From NCBI GenBank assembly GCA_052033375.1, contig JBPOJQ010000008.1, positions 1,185 through 65,184 of the forward strand: a stretch of DNA of 64,000 nt, given 5' to 3'. A model generated the notes under the pieces. The model did not search any database. It saw only the letters and a list, made by a program, of their open reading frames with translations, and had not been told where the DNA came from. Below are positions 1-8,879 of this stretch, piece after piece; position 1 is the first letter of the stretch; the number at the start of each line of letters is the position of its first letter. The stretch comes from Candidatus Magasanikiibacteriota bacterium (GTDB lineage: Bacteria; Patescibacteriota; Patescibacteriia; Magasanikbacterales; UBA922). The translations under genes and the position numbers were made by a program.

Positions 1-60
1 GTCACCGTATCGAAACGGTTTTTAATTGGGATGTCCAGTTGGAGAAAATGAAACCATGGA

Positions 61-678
61 TTGAATAACTATATGCCAAAAATTCCTCTCCGCAAAGACG
101 AACAAATTGTTGCAGAAATTCGGCGTTTTGGGTTCACCTATCTGTGGCGCTGGGTCGGGGCACTCATACCATTTGCAGTCGCAGGAATATATATGTTCTG
201 GCTCATGCGTCAGGGAACTATCGGTATGATTGGTTTTTCGGCACTCATCCTGATCGGAGTTGCGGGATGTATTTCAAATTATGTCAGATTTCGAGGCACA
301 GTCCTTATTCTCACTAATTATCGAATTATTGATATTGCAAAGGATGGAATCACTGGGCGTACCATCTCAGAAGCAGAATTGGGAGATATTGAAGATGTAG
401 TCGTGAGACAGAGAGGGCTGTGGCGCATGATGATCAATTATGGGACGATTGAAATCAGGGTGCGAGATTCAAAAATACGGATTGACGTGGAGTATGTGCG
501 TCGTCCACAAGGAGTTCAAAGATTGATTAATGAATTAAAGAAACAAGTGAATGGTGGAGTATCACACCCCCGATTTTCAGTAGAAGATCTTCATAAAGGC
601 ATTACTGAGCTCGATACTGAAGACTTATTGTATATACGAAAAATTATTGATGCCCGTCTCAAGCAATTGAGGGGGTAG
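61..678 (+). CDS. Membrane protein with bacterial PH-like (YdbS/YdbT-type) domain, hypothetical
   Basis: 205-aa ORF; two N-terminal hydrophobic helices followed by a soluble domain typical of bPH_2-like proteins; no catalytic motif recognised. Confidence 0.45.
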   Translation: MNNYMPKIPLRKDEQIVAEIRRFGFTYLWRWVGALIPFAVAGIYMFWLMRQGTIGMIGFSALILIGVAGCISNYVRFRGTVLILTNYRIIDIAKDGITGRTISEAELGDIEDVVVRQRGLWRMMINYGTIEIRVRDSKIRIDVEYVRRPQGVQRLINELKKQVNGGVSHPRFSVEDLHKGITELDTEDLLYIRKIIDARLKQLRG

Positions 679-706
679 GTGTACTCGTGCTATACTAGAC
701 ATCACT

Positions 707-1126
707 ATGAGTCGGGAATCCTCGCGTGTACGGACATTTTTTGGGTCAAAATTTTTTTTAGGTTGTGCATTAGTGCTCACCCTTGCGTTTGCATTTGGAT
801 TTGCACGAGCATATTTCAAAGATTATGCGTTCCGGGAAGAAGTACGACGTCTGGAAAGTGAAATCAGTAAACTGGAAAAGAAAAAGTTGGAGTCTCTCGA
901 GCTACTCAAATATGTATCAAGTACCGCATATCTCGAAGATACTGCCCGGGTGGACCTGAATCTAAAAAAGCCAGGGGAACGAGTGCTGTTTATCGATCAG
1001 GGGGGTGTGGATGCAACTGATGTGGCAGATACCCGAGAGGGGGATTTCTCCAATGGACAAGAGATTTCAAATCCGCTAAAATGGTGGTATTATTTTATTC
1101 ACCGATCGCCCGATTCAGGGCATTAA
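707..1126 (+). CDS. Septum formation initiator (FtsB/DivIC-like) protein
   Basis: Short cytoplasmic N-terminus, single TM helix (FFLGCALVLTLAFAFGF), then a coiled-coil (EEVRRLESEISKLEKKKLESLELL), characteristic of the FtsB/DivIC family. Confidence 0.5.
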   Translation: MSRESSRVRTFFGSKFFLGCALVLTLAFAFGFARAYFKDYAFREEVRRLESEISKLEKKKLESLELLKYVSSTAYLEDTARVDLNLKKPGERVLFIDQGGVDATDVADTREGDFSNGQEISNPLKWWYYFIHRSPDSGH

Positions 1127-1142
1127 TCTAATCTATACAGAT

Positions 1143-2237
1143 ATGGAAGAAACTCCACGAATGGAAGAAGGGAATGTGTCACCCGCTCCCGTAGAAGAAA
1201 AAAAGGAATCTCGATCTTCAAAAGCGAGTACTCTGTTGGTCGCAGGACTAGCAGTCGCTGTTGTGGTCGGGGGGATCATATGGTATGTCGTCGGATTGCA
1301 AAGTGTACGCGGACTTTCTGAATCGTCATTTACGCTTACAACTGCGCGCATTTTCAAACTCCCTGTAGCCTCAGTGAATGGAGAAAAAGTACCCTATACC
1401 GAATATGTCGACAATCTCCAGGCCATGCGAACGTTTTATGATACAGAGACTGAGTTGGGGACACGTCCCACTGATGCTGAGATGTCTGACTATATTTTGA
1501 GTAGATTACTCGTGAATCATCTGGTAGAACAAGTGGCTGCTGAATTCTCTGTATCTCTCGAACAATCTGATATTGATGCAATAATTGATGCTAAATTACT
1601 TCCTAGTTTTGAGAGTAGAGAGAAGGCAGAGCAAGAAATTATGAGACGATACGGATGGACACTCGATGAATTCGTCCAAAATATTGTCGTACCAACTGAA
1701 CTCGAACAGAAATTGAGTACCGCGTATCTCGAGTCAGTGAAAAATCCTGCGGAAAAAGAGGCAATAAAAACGAAAGCGCAAGAAGTATTGGACCGGATAA
1801 AAAAAGGAGAATCATTTGAAAAACTTGCCAAAGAATTCAGCTCTGATAGTACAGCCGAAGTTGGAGGAGATCTCAAGTGGTTTGCAAAGGGTGCGATGGT
1901 GCCTGAATTTGAATCAGCGGTATTTGCACTCAAAAAAGGAGAACTTGCTGAAAATCTCGTAGAGACTAAATTCGGATATCACATTATCAGACTTGATGAC
2001 CGACGAACAGTGAAGGGTACAAATGGTGAAGATGTGGAACAAGTCCGAGCTCACCATATCTTATTTAAGACCAATGAGATGGATACGTCGAAATTCGGGT
2101 CCTACATGAATCAGCGCCTACTCTCTTCTGAAATTAAAGTGTCAAAAGGTCTTCGTAATCCATTCGAAGAGATGGGAAACTCAGCTGAAGTGCTCGAAAC
2201 CGAAGATACTCCTGTCACCACAACTACACTTGAATAA
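1143..2237 (+). CDS. PpiC-type peptidyl-prolyl cis-trans isomerase (PrsA/SurA-like foldase)
   Basis: N-terminal TM anchor; C-terminal parvulin motif GGDLKWFAKGAMVPEFESAVFALKKGE...TKFGYHIIRL. Confidence 0.75.
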   Translation: MEETPRMEEGNVSPAPVEEKKESRSSKASTLLVAGLAVAVVVGGIIWYVVGLQSVRGLSESSFTLTTARIFKLPVASVNGEKVPYTEYVDNLQAMRTFYDTETELGTRPTDAEMSDYILSRLLVNHLVEQVAAEFSVSLEQSDIDAIIDAKLLPSFESREKAEQEIMRRYGWTLDEFVQNIVVPTELEQKLSTAYLESVKNPAEKEAIKTKAQEVLDRIKKGESFEKLAKEFSSDSTAEVGGDLKWFAKGAMVPEFESAVFALKKGELAENLVETKFGYHIIRLDDRRTVKGTNGEDVEQVRAHHILFKTNEMDTSKFGSYMNQRLLSSEIKVSKGLRNPFEEMGNSAEVLETEDTPVTTTTLE

Positions 2238-2256
2238 TGGTATTGAGTATTAGTAT

Positions 2257-2290
2257 CACAGTCCCGCCCCTTGCGAAGGGCGGGACTGTG
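2257..2290 (+). terminator. Perfect 13-bp inverted repeat hairpin downstream of PPIase gene
   Basis: CACAGTCCCGCCC-CTTGCGAA-GGGCGGGACTGTG read directly; no T-run follows, so a stem-loop rather than a canonical intrinsic terminator. Confidence 0.4.
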
Positions 2291-2375
2291 TTACGCGGGA
2301 TTAGTATAATGGTATTATGCTGGCTTCCCAAGCCAGAGAAGCGAGTCCGATTCTCGTATCCCGCTCCAGAAAGTA

Positions 2376-3548
2376 ATGAGGTGGTTCTCTGTATTTATGA
2401 GTATGCGATTTCGAAGTGCATTATTTCATGTTTTGTATCGAGGGTTAGTAAAACCAATTTTTTTTGCACAAGATCCAGAGTCGATTCACGATCGAATGGG
2501 TATCGTCGGCGAGCGATTGGGGCGGAGTCGGATTGGGCGTGCACTCATTCGTATCTGCTTTGGCTACACGCATCATTCACTCGAGCAACATCTGTGGGGT
2601 ATGCATTTTTCAAATCCGGTGGGACTTGCTGCAGGATTTGATAAAGAGGGGACTATTCATAGCATTCTTCCGAGTCTGGGATTTGGCTTTGCAGAAGTCG
2701 GTACTGTCACCTTTGGTGCGTATGAGGGTAATCCGAAGCCACGACTCTATCGTCTTCCGAAGTCACACGGATTGGTAGTGTATTATGGTCTGAAGAATAG
2801 TGGAGCGCATGCAGTGGCAAAATATCTGAAAAACCAACCCAAAAAAATACCACAGATAATCTCGATAGGAAAAACGAATTGCAGTAGAACTGCTGATGAG
2901 GCGAAAGGTGTAGATGATTATCGAAGTGGTCTTGCTGTGTTTGAAGATGCGGGAGTGGGAGATGCCTACGAGCTGAATATCTCATGTCCAAATACGTTTG
3001 GAGGAGAACCATTCACTACTCCTGAAAAATTACGCAGACTACTGGAGACACTTGAAGTGCAAAAAAATTCAAAACCAATAATTTTAAAAATGCCCATCAA
3101 TCTGGATTGGGACGCATTTCGTGGACTACTCGATGTGGCAATACAATTCCGTGTGCATGCGGTAAATATTGGTAATTTGAATAAAGACAGGAATGATCCT
3201 GAGCTCAAAGAAAAAATTCCAACACATATCAAAGGTGCTCTCAGTGGCAAGCCTACGTGGGAGCGTTCAAATGATCTCATTTCACGGACATATGCATATT
3301 GTGGACAACGCATGGTAATTATTGGTACCGGGGGTATTTTTTCTGCCGCAGACGCGTATGAAAAAATAAAACGGGGTGCGTCACTAGTCGAATTGATCAC
3401 GGGTATGATTTATGAAGGCCCTCAATTGATTGGAGAGATTACACATGGTCTCGTGCACCTGCTCGCGCGTGATGGATATAGTCATATCAGTGAAGCGGTA
3501 GGAGCGTATCATCGGACAATGATTGACAAAATGCCCAAGAATAGCTAA
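2376..3548 (+). CDS. pyrD: Dihydroorotate dehydrogenase (quinone), class 2
   Basis: Hydrophobic N-terminus; conserved GFAEVGTVT and NISCPNT motifs; FMN-binding C-terminal GTGGI; start may lie a few codons downstream of 2376. Confidence 0.85.
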   Translation: MRWFSVFMSMRFRSALFHVLYRGLVKPIFFAQDPESIHDRMGIVGERLGRSRIGRALIRICFGYTHHSLEQHLWGMHFSNPVGLAAGFDKEGTIHSILPSLGFGFAEVGTVTFGAYEGNPKPRLYRLPKSHGLVVYYGLKNSGAHAVAKYLKNQPKKIPQIISIGKTNCSRTADEAKGVDDYRSGLAVFEDAGVGDAYELNISCPNTFGGEPFTTPEKLRRLLETLEVQKNSKPIILKMPINLDWDAFRGLLDVAIQFRVHAVNIGNLNKDRNDPELKEKIPTHIKGALSGKPTWERSNDLISRTYAYCGQRMVIIGTGGIFSAADAYEKIKRGASLVELITGMIYEGPQLIGEITHGLVHLLARDGYSHISEAVGAYHRTMIDKMPKNS

Positions 3549-3566
3549 AATTTAACAAAATTATGT

Positions 3567-3639
3567 GCCGATGTAGCTCAGCTGGTAGAGCGGCAGTATC
3601 GTAAACTGTAGGTCTCGGGTTCGATCCCCGACATCGGCT
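3567..3639 (+). tRNA. tRNA-Thr (anticodon CGU)
   Basis: Cloverleaf read by hand: acceptor GCCGATG/CATCGGC, D-arm GCTC-AGCTGGTA-GAGC, anticodon stem GCAGT/ACTGT with loop ATCGTAA (CGT), T-arm CGGGTTCGATCCCCG; CCA not encoded. Confidence 0.8.
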
Positions 3640-3651
3640 CTCGTAGTAACT

Positions 3652-4161
3652 ATGGAACATACATCTGAAGCCCCGACGAGTAGTCCTGAGTATCGGTGTG
3701 AGAAGTGTGGTAAATTATTGTTGAAAAAAAATCACGACCAGAATCATTTTGAAATCAAATGTCTGCGATGTGGCACACTGAACACGATCTTTTATGAGAT
3801 GAAAGAACAAGTGGTGATTACTGATCCAGCAGGACGTATCCTTTTTGTAAATGGAGAGGTTGAACGAGTCACAGGGTATCATGCACATGAAATTATCGGC
3901 AAAACTCCGAAATTGTGGGGGAATCAGATGTCACGAGCATTCTATGAGGAGTTGTGGAGAATTATTTCCATTGAAAAAAAATCACTCAAAGCAAAGGTTC
4001 TCAATAGACACAAATCTGGAAAAACTTATCATGCGTTATTGAGGATTTCACCTATTTTGAATACGGACGGCAGTATTCTTTTTTTTATTGGCATTGAGAG
4101 TAGGCTCGAAGATGAATTGGTAATGGGTGGAAGTAATTCCGTTCTTCCACAGATTGCCTAG
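3652..4161 (+). CDS. Com-like zinc-ribbon fused to PAS sensor domain protein
   Basis: N-terminal CEKCGKLL...EIKCLRCGTLN (Mu Com-type 4-Cys ribbon) followed by a PAS-fold region (VVITDPAGRILFVNGEVERVTGYHAHEIIGK...). Confidence 0.55.
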   Translation: MEHTSEAPTSSPEYRCEKCGKLLLKKNHDQNHFEIKCLRCGTLNTIFYEMKEQVVITDPAGRILFVNGEVERVTGYHAHEIIGKTPKLWGNQMSRAFYEELWRIISIEKKSLKAKVLNRHKSGKTYHALLRISPILNTDGSILFFIGIESRLEDELVMGGSNSVLPQIA

Positions 4162-4286
4162 AAAAATATTAGTAGACTCTCCATGGATAATGGTGGTATA
4201 CTCACCTAAACAAAATTCTCGGTGTAAGGGGAGAATGTACGCATATAGAAGCTCACTGAAGCTCAAACATGGAAAATCACTAGTGT

Positions 4287-4829
4287 TTGCTTTTATATAA
4301 TATTTATTTTGTAACGTACAATCATATGGGGGCACCATTACATGCGCAAGAAAAAGAACGTCTTGACGCAGTTCACAACATGCATATTTTGGATACACCA
4401 TCAGATCCTCTATATGATGCGCTGACGATTGAGGCAACCGAGCGATTGAGGGTGCCTATCTCTACCGTATCGATTCTCGACAAGAATCGCGAATGGTATA
4501 AGTCCTGTCAGGGATTGCCGATGCATGAAGGACCTCGTGATGTTGCGTTTTGTAGCTGGGCATTGTTATCAAAAAATATTTTTATTATCGAAGATACTCT
4601 AAATGATGATCGTTTCAAAGATAATCCATATGTGGTGGGTCCGCCCTATATTCGATTCTATGCAGGATTTGCGCTCATTGACACACAGAGTGGATTGCCT
4701 GTAGGAGTATTTTGTATCAAAGATACCAAACCGAGAAAATTATCCGTCGATGAAGTTGGAATATTGTTTGATTTGGCAAAAAAAGCAGAAGCATTGATTA
4801 ATAGTCAAAAAAAGCAGAGTAACGCGTAA
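4287..4829 (+). CDS. GAF domain protein
   Basis: GAF-like core (ISTVSILDKNREWYKSCQGL...FCSWALLSKNIFIIEDTLNDDRFKDNPYVVGPPYIRFYAGFALI). Confidence 0.55.
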   Translation: MLLYNIYFVTYNHMGAPLHAQEKERLDAVHNMHILDTPSDPLYDALTIEATERLRVPISTVSILDKNREWYKSCQGLPMHEGPRDVAFCSWALLSKNIFIIEDTLNDDRFKDNPYVVGPPYIRFYAGFALIDTQSGLPVGVFCIKDTKPRKLSVDEVGILFDLAKKAEALINSQKKQSNA

Positions 4830-4831
4830 GA

Positions 4832-5749
4832 CTAGCTGAGTATCTCGTCGATATCAGCGGTCAATATTTTTTGCAGTAGTTCACGTACCAAACGTTCTCT
4901 TTTTCTGTGTCCCAATGCCTCAGACACATTGGATACAACACGAATAGTCAGAGGTAGGAGTATTTCCGACCGTATATGTTCTCTAGGATATTCTTCTTCA
5001 AATCGTCTAATGAAATAGGCAAGACTTTTTTGCGCGAATGAGACATCGGTGAGGCATGTGTATGTCTGTAGGAAGAAATATGCAATATCATAGTACCGCA
5101 TCGTGGATCGAGAAAATTCTGCATCAACGAGCGCAATTGTGTTTCCCTGGGACAAAAGCATGTTCCATAATACAAAATCATGGTGTTGAAATGCTCGTGT
5201 GATTTTGTATGAATCAATAATAGATTGTAGACGTGTAATCTCTCGAGAGGTGAGTATGGATGTGCCCGAGATTTTTGCGCGCTGCTCTATCTGCTCTTGA
5301 TAGTAGGCGATAGTGGGGGCTGGCTTCCGATGCTTCAAAAGATGCGGTACTGAGTTCAGGGGGATGTGTAGGTAAAAAGAGGAGATCTGATAGAGAGTTT
5401 CGAGTATCCCACGAGTAATATGCCGGTGTGCAAATGTGCGGTGATTTGCAAGTGGATGTCCTGGTATATATTCACATACCAAGATGGTATAGGCTTCTTT
5501 TTCAATAATTTGTGTACGCGGAATGTAGAGAGGGACTGTCAGTGGCTGTATATTTCGGATAAAAATATTAGCAGCATATTCTGTGTGCACAGTATCTCGT
5601 GTGTTTAGATGCGTGGAAATTTTTAGAAAATATACTACCCCGTTTCTTTCTGCAAGCAGGACATCGCTCCGGTCAGAATGTGTGATATATTTTTTTACCG
5701 AGAATGAGTTTTCTTTCAATATGGATATGAGAAGGGGGGTGGGTTTCAT
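4832..5749 (-). CDS. Aminoglycoside/choline-kinase-like phosphotransferase (APH family) protein
   Basis: Catalytic-loop-like HHDFVLWNML and IALVDAEFS motifs of the APH/protein-kinase-like fold. Confidence 0.5.
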   Translation of the reverse strand: MKPTPLLISILKENSFSVKKYITHSDRSDVLLAERNGVVYFLKISTHLNTRDTVHTEYAANIFIRNIQPLTVPLYIPRTQIIEKEAYTILVCEYIPGHPLANHRTFAHRHITRGILETLYQISSFYLHIPLNSVPHLLKHRKPAPTIAYYQEQIEQRAKISGTSILTSREITRLQSIIDSYKITRAFQHHDFVLWNMLLSQGNTIALVDAEFSRSTMRYYDIAYFFLQTYTCLTDVSFAQKSLAYFIRRFEEEYPREHIRSEILLPLTIRVVSNVSEALGHRKRERLVRELLQKILTADIDEILS

Positions 5750-5825
5750 AGGGATTTACACTTGCGCCTCAGTATAGCAGTGTGATAAATTTATGTAAAA
5801 TAGTATATCTAAATATAGGTGTTAT

Positions 5826-6695
5826 ATGAAAAAAGTATTGGTAATTGGAGCAGGGAAAATCGGAAGTGCGATTGGGCAGACGATTCAGCATGTAGGGCAT
5901 GAGGTGAATTGGTGGGATATCGATCAGAGCAAGATTACAGGCACCAAAACACTCGAAGAGCGGATAGTCGATGCAGAAGTAGTATTTCTTTGCATCCATT
6001 CATGGGTCATACGTGAGACGCTTGAGCGAGTGAAATCATACCTGCGATCAGATGCGATTATAGTATCTGTGGCAAAAGGGTTTGAAAAAGATACCATGAA
6101 GACGGCCGATCAAGTAGTCGAGGACGTATTACCAGATCATGCATTTGCATTTTTTGGTGGTCCTATGGTCGCTCCAGAGATTGCGGGGGGCAAATATGCA
6201 TTCGGTGCAATTGCGTCACGCTCTCCCGAAGTCTACAGCGTCATTGTGTCACTATTTGAAGGAAGTCGGGTATTGCTGAATTACAGTGATGATGTGCATG
6301 GGACAGTCCTCGCGGGTGTGCTAAAGAATGTCTATGCCATGGGATTGGGAATGCTCGATGAGCAAGGGATGGGGAGTAATGCACGGGGGTGGTATGCGAC
6401 CAAGGTGGTAGAAGAGATGGGTAGAGAAATTGAAGCATTGGGAGGAAAGAAAGAAACCGCCTATACTCTTGCAGGAATAGGTGATTTCATTGCTACAGGG
6501 ATGAGTGAGGATTCAAGACATCGAAGTGAAGGGCGGAGGATTGCAAAAGGAGAAGCACCGACCCAATGTGAGGGTGTAGTCTCGACTCCGACCGTCGTAC
6601 AATTATTGGGAGACATCAGCTCGTACCCGTTGCTCCATACGATTCATCATATCCTGCAAGGAAAACATGAATTATTAAGTGAGATTGTGAAATAA
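5826..6695 (+). CDS. gpsA: NAD(P)H-dependent glycerol-3-phosphate dehydrogenase
   Basis: N-terminal Rossmann GAGKIGSA; FFGGPMVAPEIA, GVLKNVYAMGLG and GIGDFIATG blocks align with GpsA. Confidence 0.7.
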   Translation: MKKVLVIGAGKIGSAIGQTIQHVGHEVNWWDIDQSKITGTKTLEERIVDAEVVFLCIHSWVIRETLERVKSYLRSDAIIVSVAKGFEKDTMKTADQVVEDVLPDHAFAFFGGPMVAPEIAGGKYAFGAIASRSPEVYSVIVSLFEGSRVLLNYSDDVHGTVLAGVLKNVYAMGLGMLDEQGMGSNARGWYATKVVEEMGREIEALGGKKETAYTLAGIGDFIATGMSEDSRHRSEGRRIAKGEAPTQCEGVVSTPTVVQLLGDISSYPLLHTIHHILQGKHELLSEIVK

Positions 6696-6771
6696 ATCTG
6701 GCGCGGTAAAGGTGAAAATTGTATGTGTATCACATGATATGCTATACTATATTTCACTTGTATAATTTTTT

Positions 6772-7452
6772 ATGATTACGCTCAAAAACGTAAGTAAACA
6801 ATATTCTCGCGATAGTATTGGGTTGCATGAGGTAAGTCTGCATATCGAACCAGGTGAATTTGTATCAATTGTAGGGCAGAGTGGTACCGGAAAAACAACA
6901 CTCGTGAAAATGCTTATTGCCGAAGAGCGTCCGACAGCAGGATCGATTGAAATTGGTGGATGGGATATTACCAAAATTTCATTGCATGATATTCCGTTGC
7001 TACGCCGACAAATCGGGGTTATTTTTCAGGATTTCAAATTATTACCAAAACGGACGGTGGAAGAAAATGTATCATTTGCCCTCGAAGTCGCAGGTGAGAA
7101 ACGAAAACGAATCGGCCAGATTGTGCCACGCGTATTGGAAATCGTAGGTTTGAAACACAAAGTCGATCGGTATCCGCATCAACTCTCCGGTGGGGAACAA
7201 CAGCGTGTTGCAATTGCGCGTTCGCTCGTACATCGACCAAAAATTCTCGTAGCAGACGAACCTACGGGAAATTTGGATTCAATCAATACACAAGAAATTA
7301 TTGAAATTTTAAAAAAAATAAATGAATTTGGTACGACAATCATGCTCGTGACCCACAATCGAGAAATTGTCAATCAGCTCCGTCGTCGTGTCGTCGTGCT
7401 CCATGATGGACGGGTGGTATCAGATGAGCGTGAAGGTAGATATCGAATTTAG
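6772..7452 (+). CDS. ftsE: Cell division ATP-binding protein FtsE
   Basis: Walker A GQSGTGKTT, ABC signature LSGGEQQR, Walker B ILVADEPTGNLD; immediately upstream of an FtsX-like permease. Confidence 0.85.
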   Translation: MITLKNVSKQYSRDSIGLHEVSLHIEPGEFVSIVGQSGTGKTTLVKMLIAEERPTAGSIEIGGWDITKISLHDIPLLRRQIGVIFQDFKLLPKRTVEENVSFALEVAGEKRKRIGQIVPRVLEIVGLKHKVDRYPHQLSGGEQQRVAIARSLVHRPKILVADEPTGNLDSINTQEIIEILKKINEFGTTIMLVTHNREIVNQLRRRVVVLHDGRVVSDEREGRYRI

Positions 7453-7517
7453 TTCATAGCTAATAGCGAGAAAATCAAAAGGAGTGTGTATTTCCTATGC
7501 ATATAAGTATTTAATGT

Positions 7518-8423
7518 ATGTCCCTCGGCCGAATTATCAAATTTTCATTTCAGGATATTGTACGGAATATGAGTCTCTCATTCATGACCATACTCATTCT
7601 GATTCTTATGTTGCTCTCAATCAATACACTGATTATCGTCCGTGTATTGACCAACCAGTCTATCCAGTCGGTGAAAGACCAGATCGATGTGAGCATCTAT
7701 TTTGATCCGACGGCGAGTGATGAGAAAATTCAGGAGGTGCGCGATTTTGTAGCATCCCTTCCCGAAGTAGAAGAGGATCGGTATCTCACCAAAGAAGCGG
7801 TACTCGAAGAATTCAAAAAAACCTATTCAGGTAATACTGAAATTATTGATTCCCTAAATGAGCTGGGAGGAAATCCGCTCGGGTCTACATTGATTGTAAA
7901 GACAAAAGAGCCGAAAGATTATCAGACGATTATCTCAGCGCTGTCGGTACCCGAGTATGAGAGTATTATTGAGGCAAAGACGTTTGGGGATACAGAGACT
8001 GCAATTGACCGAATTCAGACGATTACCGTACAAGTCGAGCGATTCACCTATGCGCTTACTGCACTCTTTGCGATTATCGCTTTTGTGATTATATTCAACA
8101 CGATTCGGGTAGCTATTTATACACAGCGGGCAGAGATTGGAATCAAGCGATTAGTAGGCGCCACCAATTGGTTTATCAGCGGGCCCTATCTGGTAGAATC
8201 TTTTATTTTCACAGTCATTAGTATCGTCATTACCAGTGCCATTGCCTATTTCACACTGACCTTTCTCGACCCCTATATCAGCGTCATTTTTGAGTCACCA
8301 GCTATCTTGACAAATTACTTCACCTCGCATATACTTTTGCTGACTGGGGTGCAATTTGGGGCAGTATTTTTCCTCACATTGTTCTCAAGTATGCTTGCAA
8401 TGCGCAGGTATCTCAGGACTTAA
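7518..8423 (+). CDS. ftsX: Cell division permease FtsX
   Basis: N-terminal TM, large periplasmic domain, three C-terminal TM helices; operon partner of ftsE. Confidence 0.8.
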   Translation: MSLGRIIKFSFQDIVRNMSLSFMTILILILMLLSINTLIIVRVLTNQSIQSVKDQIDVSIYFDPTASDEKIQEVRDFVASLPEVEEDRYLTKEAVLEEFKKTYSGNTEIIDSLNELGGNPLGSTLIVKTKEPKDYQTIISALSVPEYESIIEAKTFGDTETAIDRIQTITVQVERFTYALTALFAIIAFVIIFNTIRVAIYTQRAEIGIKRLVGATNWFISGPYLVESFIFTVISIVITSAIAYFTLTFLDPYISVIFESPAILTNYFTSHILLLTGVQFGAVFFLTLFSSMLAMRRYLRT

Positions 8424-8510
8424 TTGGAAGTCCTCACAATCTATACAGTCATAAAGTATATTGTATACTACTTTATGATCATGTGGACTTTTTACTTTCA
8501 AGTTAATTAT

Positions 8511-8581
8511 TCGGGGATCGTCTAATGGTAGGACTTTGGGTTTTGGTCCCAACTATCGGGGTTCGAATCCCTGTCCCCGAG
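8511..8581 (+). tRNA. tRNA-Gln (anticodon UUG)
   Basis: U1:A72 acceptor TCGGGGA/TCCCCGA, anticodon stem TTGGG/CCCAA with loop TTTTGGT (TTG), T-arm CGGGGTTCGAATCCCTG; discriminator G. Confidence 0.8.
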
Positions 8582-8583
8582 CT

Positions 8584-8621
8584 AAAAAAAGAATATAGCC
8601 AATTGGCTATATTCTTTTTTT
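8584..8621 (+). terminator. Rho-independent terminator after tRNA-Gln
   Basis: A-run, perfect hairpin GAATATAGCCAATTGGCTATATTC, then T7 run. Confidence 0.8.
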
Positions 8622-8625
8622 AAGT

Positions 8626-8812
8626 CAGAGATAAAGAGGGATTCGAACGAGGGAAGGGTGAAACCGTGAGGTTTCACTGGACTGAGGAAAGCACACGAAA
8701 ACCCGAAGGTTTTCGTGATATTTTCGAATAGCGAAGCGCCCTGTCCCCGAGCAAGAGAGTTTGGTGAAAGTGGCCCGACTCTATCCGAAAACCGCCCTCA
8801 AAGGCGGTTTTT
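8626..8812 (+). ncRNA. Candidate structured small RNA or att-site remnant carrying a 14-nt copy of the tRNA-Gln 3' end
   Basis: Three hairpins: GTGAAACC-GTGA-GGTTTCAC, CACGAAAACC-CGAAG-GGTTTTCGTG and terminator AAACCGCC-CTCAAA-GGCGGTTTTT; CCCTGTCCCCGAGC at 8739-8752 repeats tRNA-Gln 8569-8582. Confidence 0.3.
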
Positions 8813-8816
8813 GATA

Positions 8817-8845
8817 TTGACTGAAAAAAGTTAGCAGTCTATAAT
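8817..8845 (+). promoter_or_regulatory. Consensus sigma70-type promoter upstream of the nucleotidyltransferase gene
   Basis: TTGACT (8817-8822), 17-nt spacer, TATAAT (8840-8845); about 35 nt upstream of ATG 8880. Confidence 0.6.
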
Positions 8846-8879
8846 TGAGAGTGATAATTTACATAAAAACAAAACAAAT

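Noticed and set aside
2237-2641. 134-aa ORF spanning the hairpin and the pyrD 5' region
   Set aside because: It overlaps the perfect palindrome and the better-supported pyrD frame, and has no SD or conserved motifs.
8626-8700. Possible minus-strand tRNA suggested by GGATTCGAAC (reverse complement of a T-loop motif)
   Set aside because: The reverse-complemented sequence does not fold into a cloverleaf. There is no complementary T-stem or acceptor stem.
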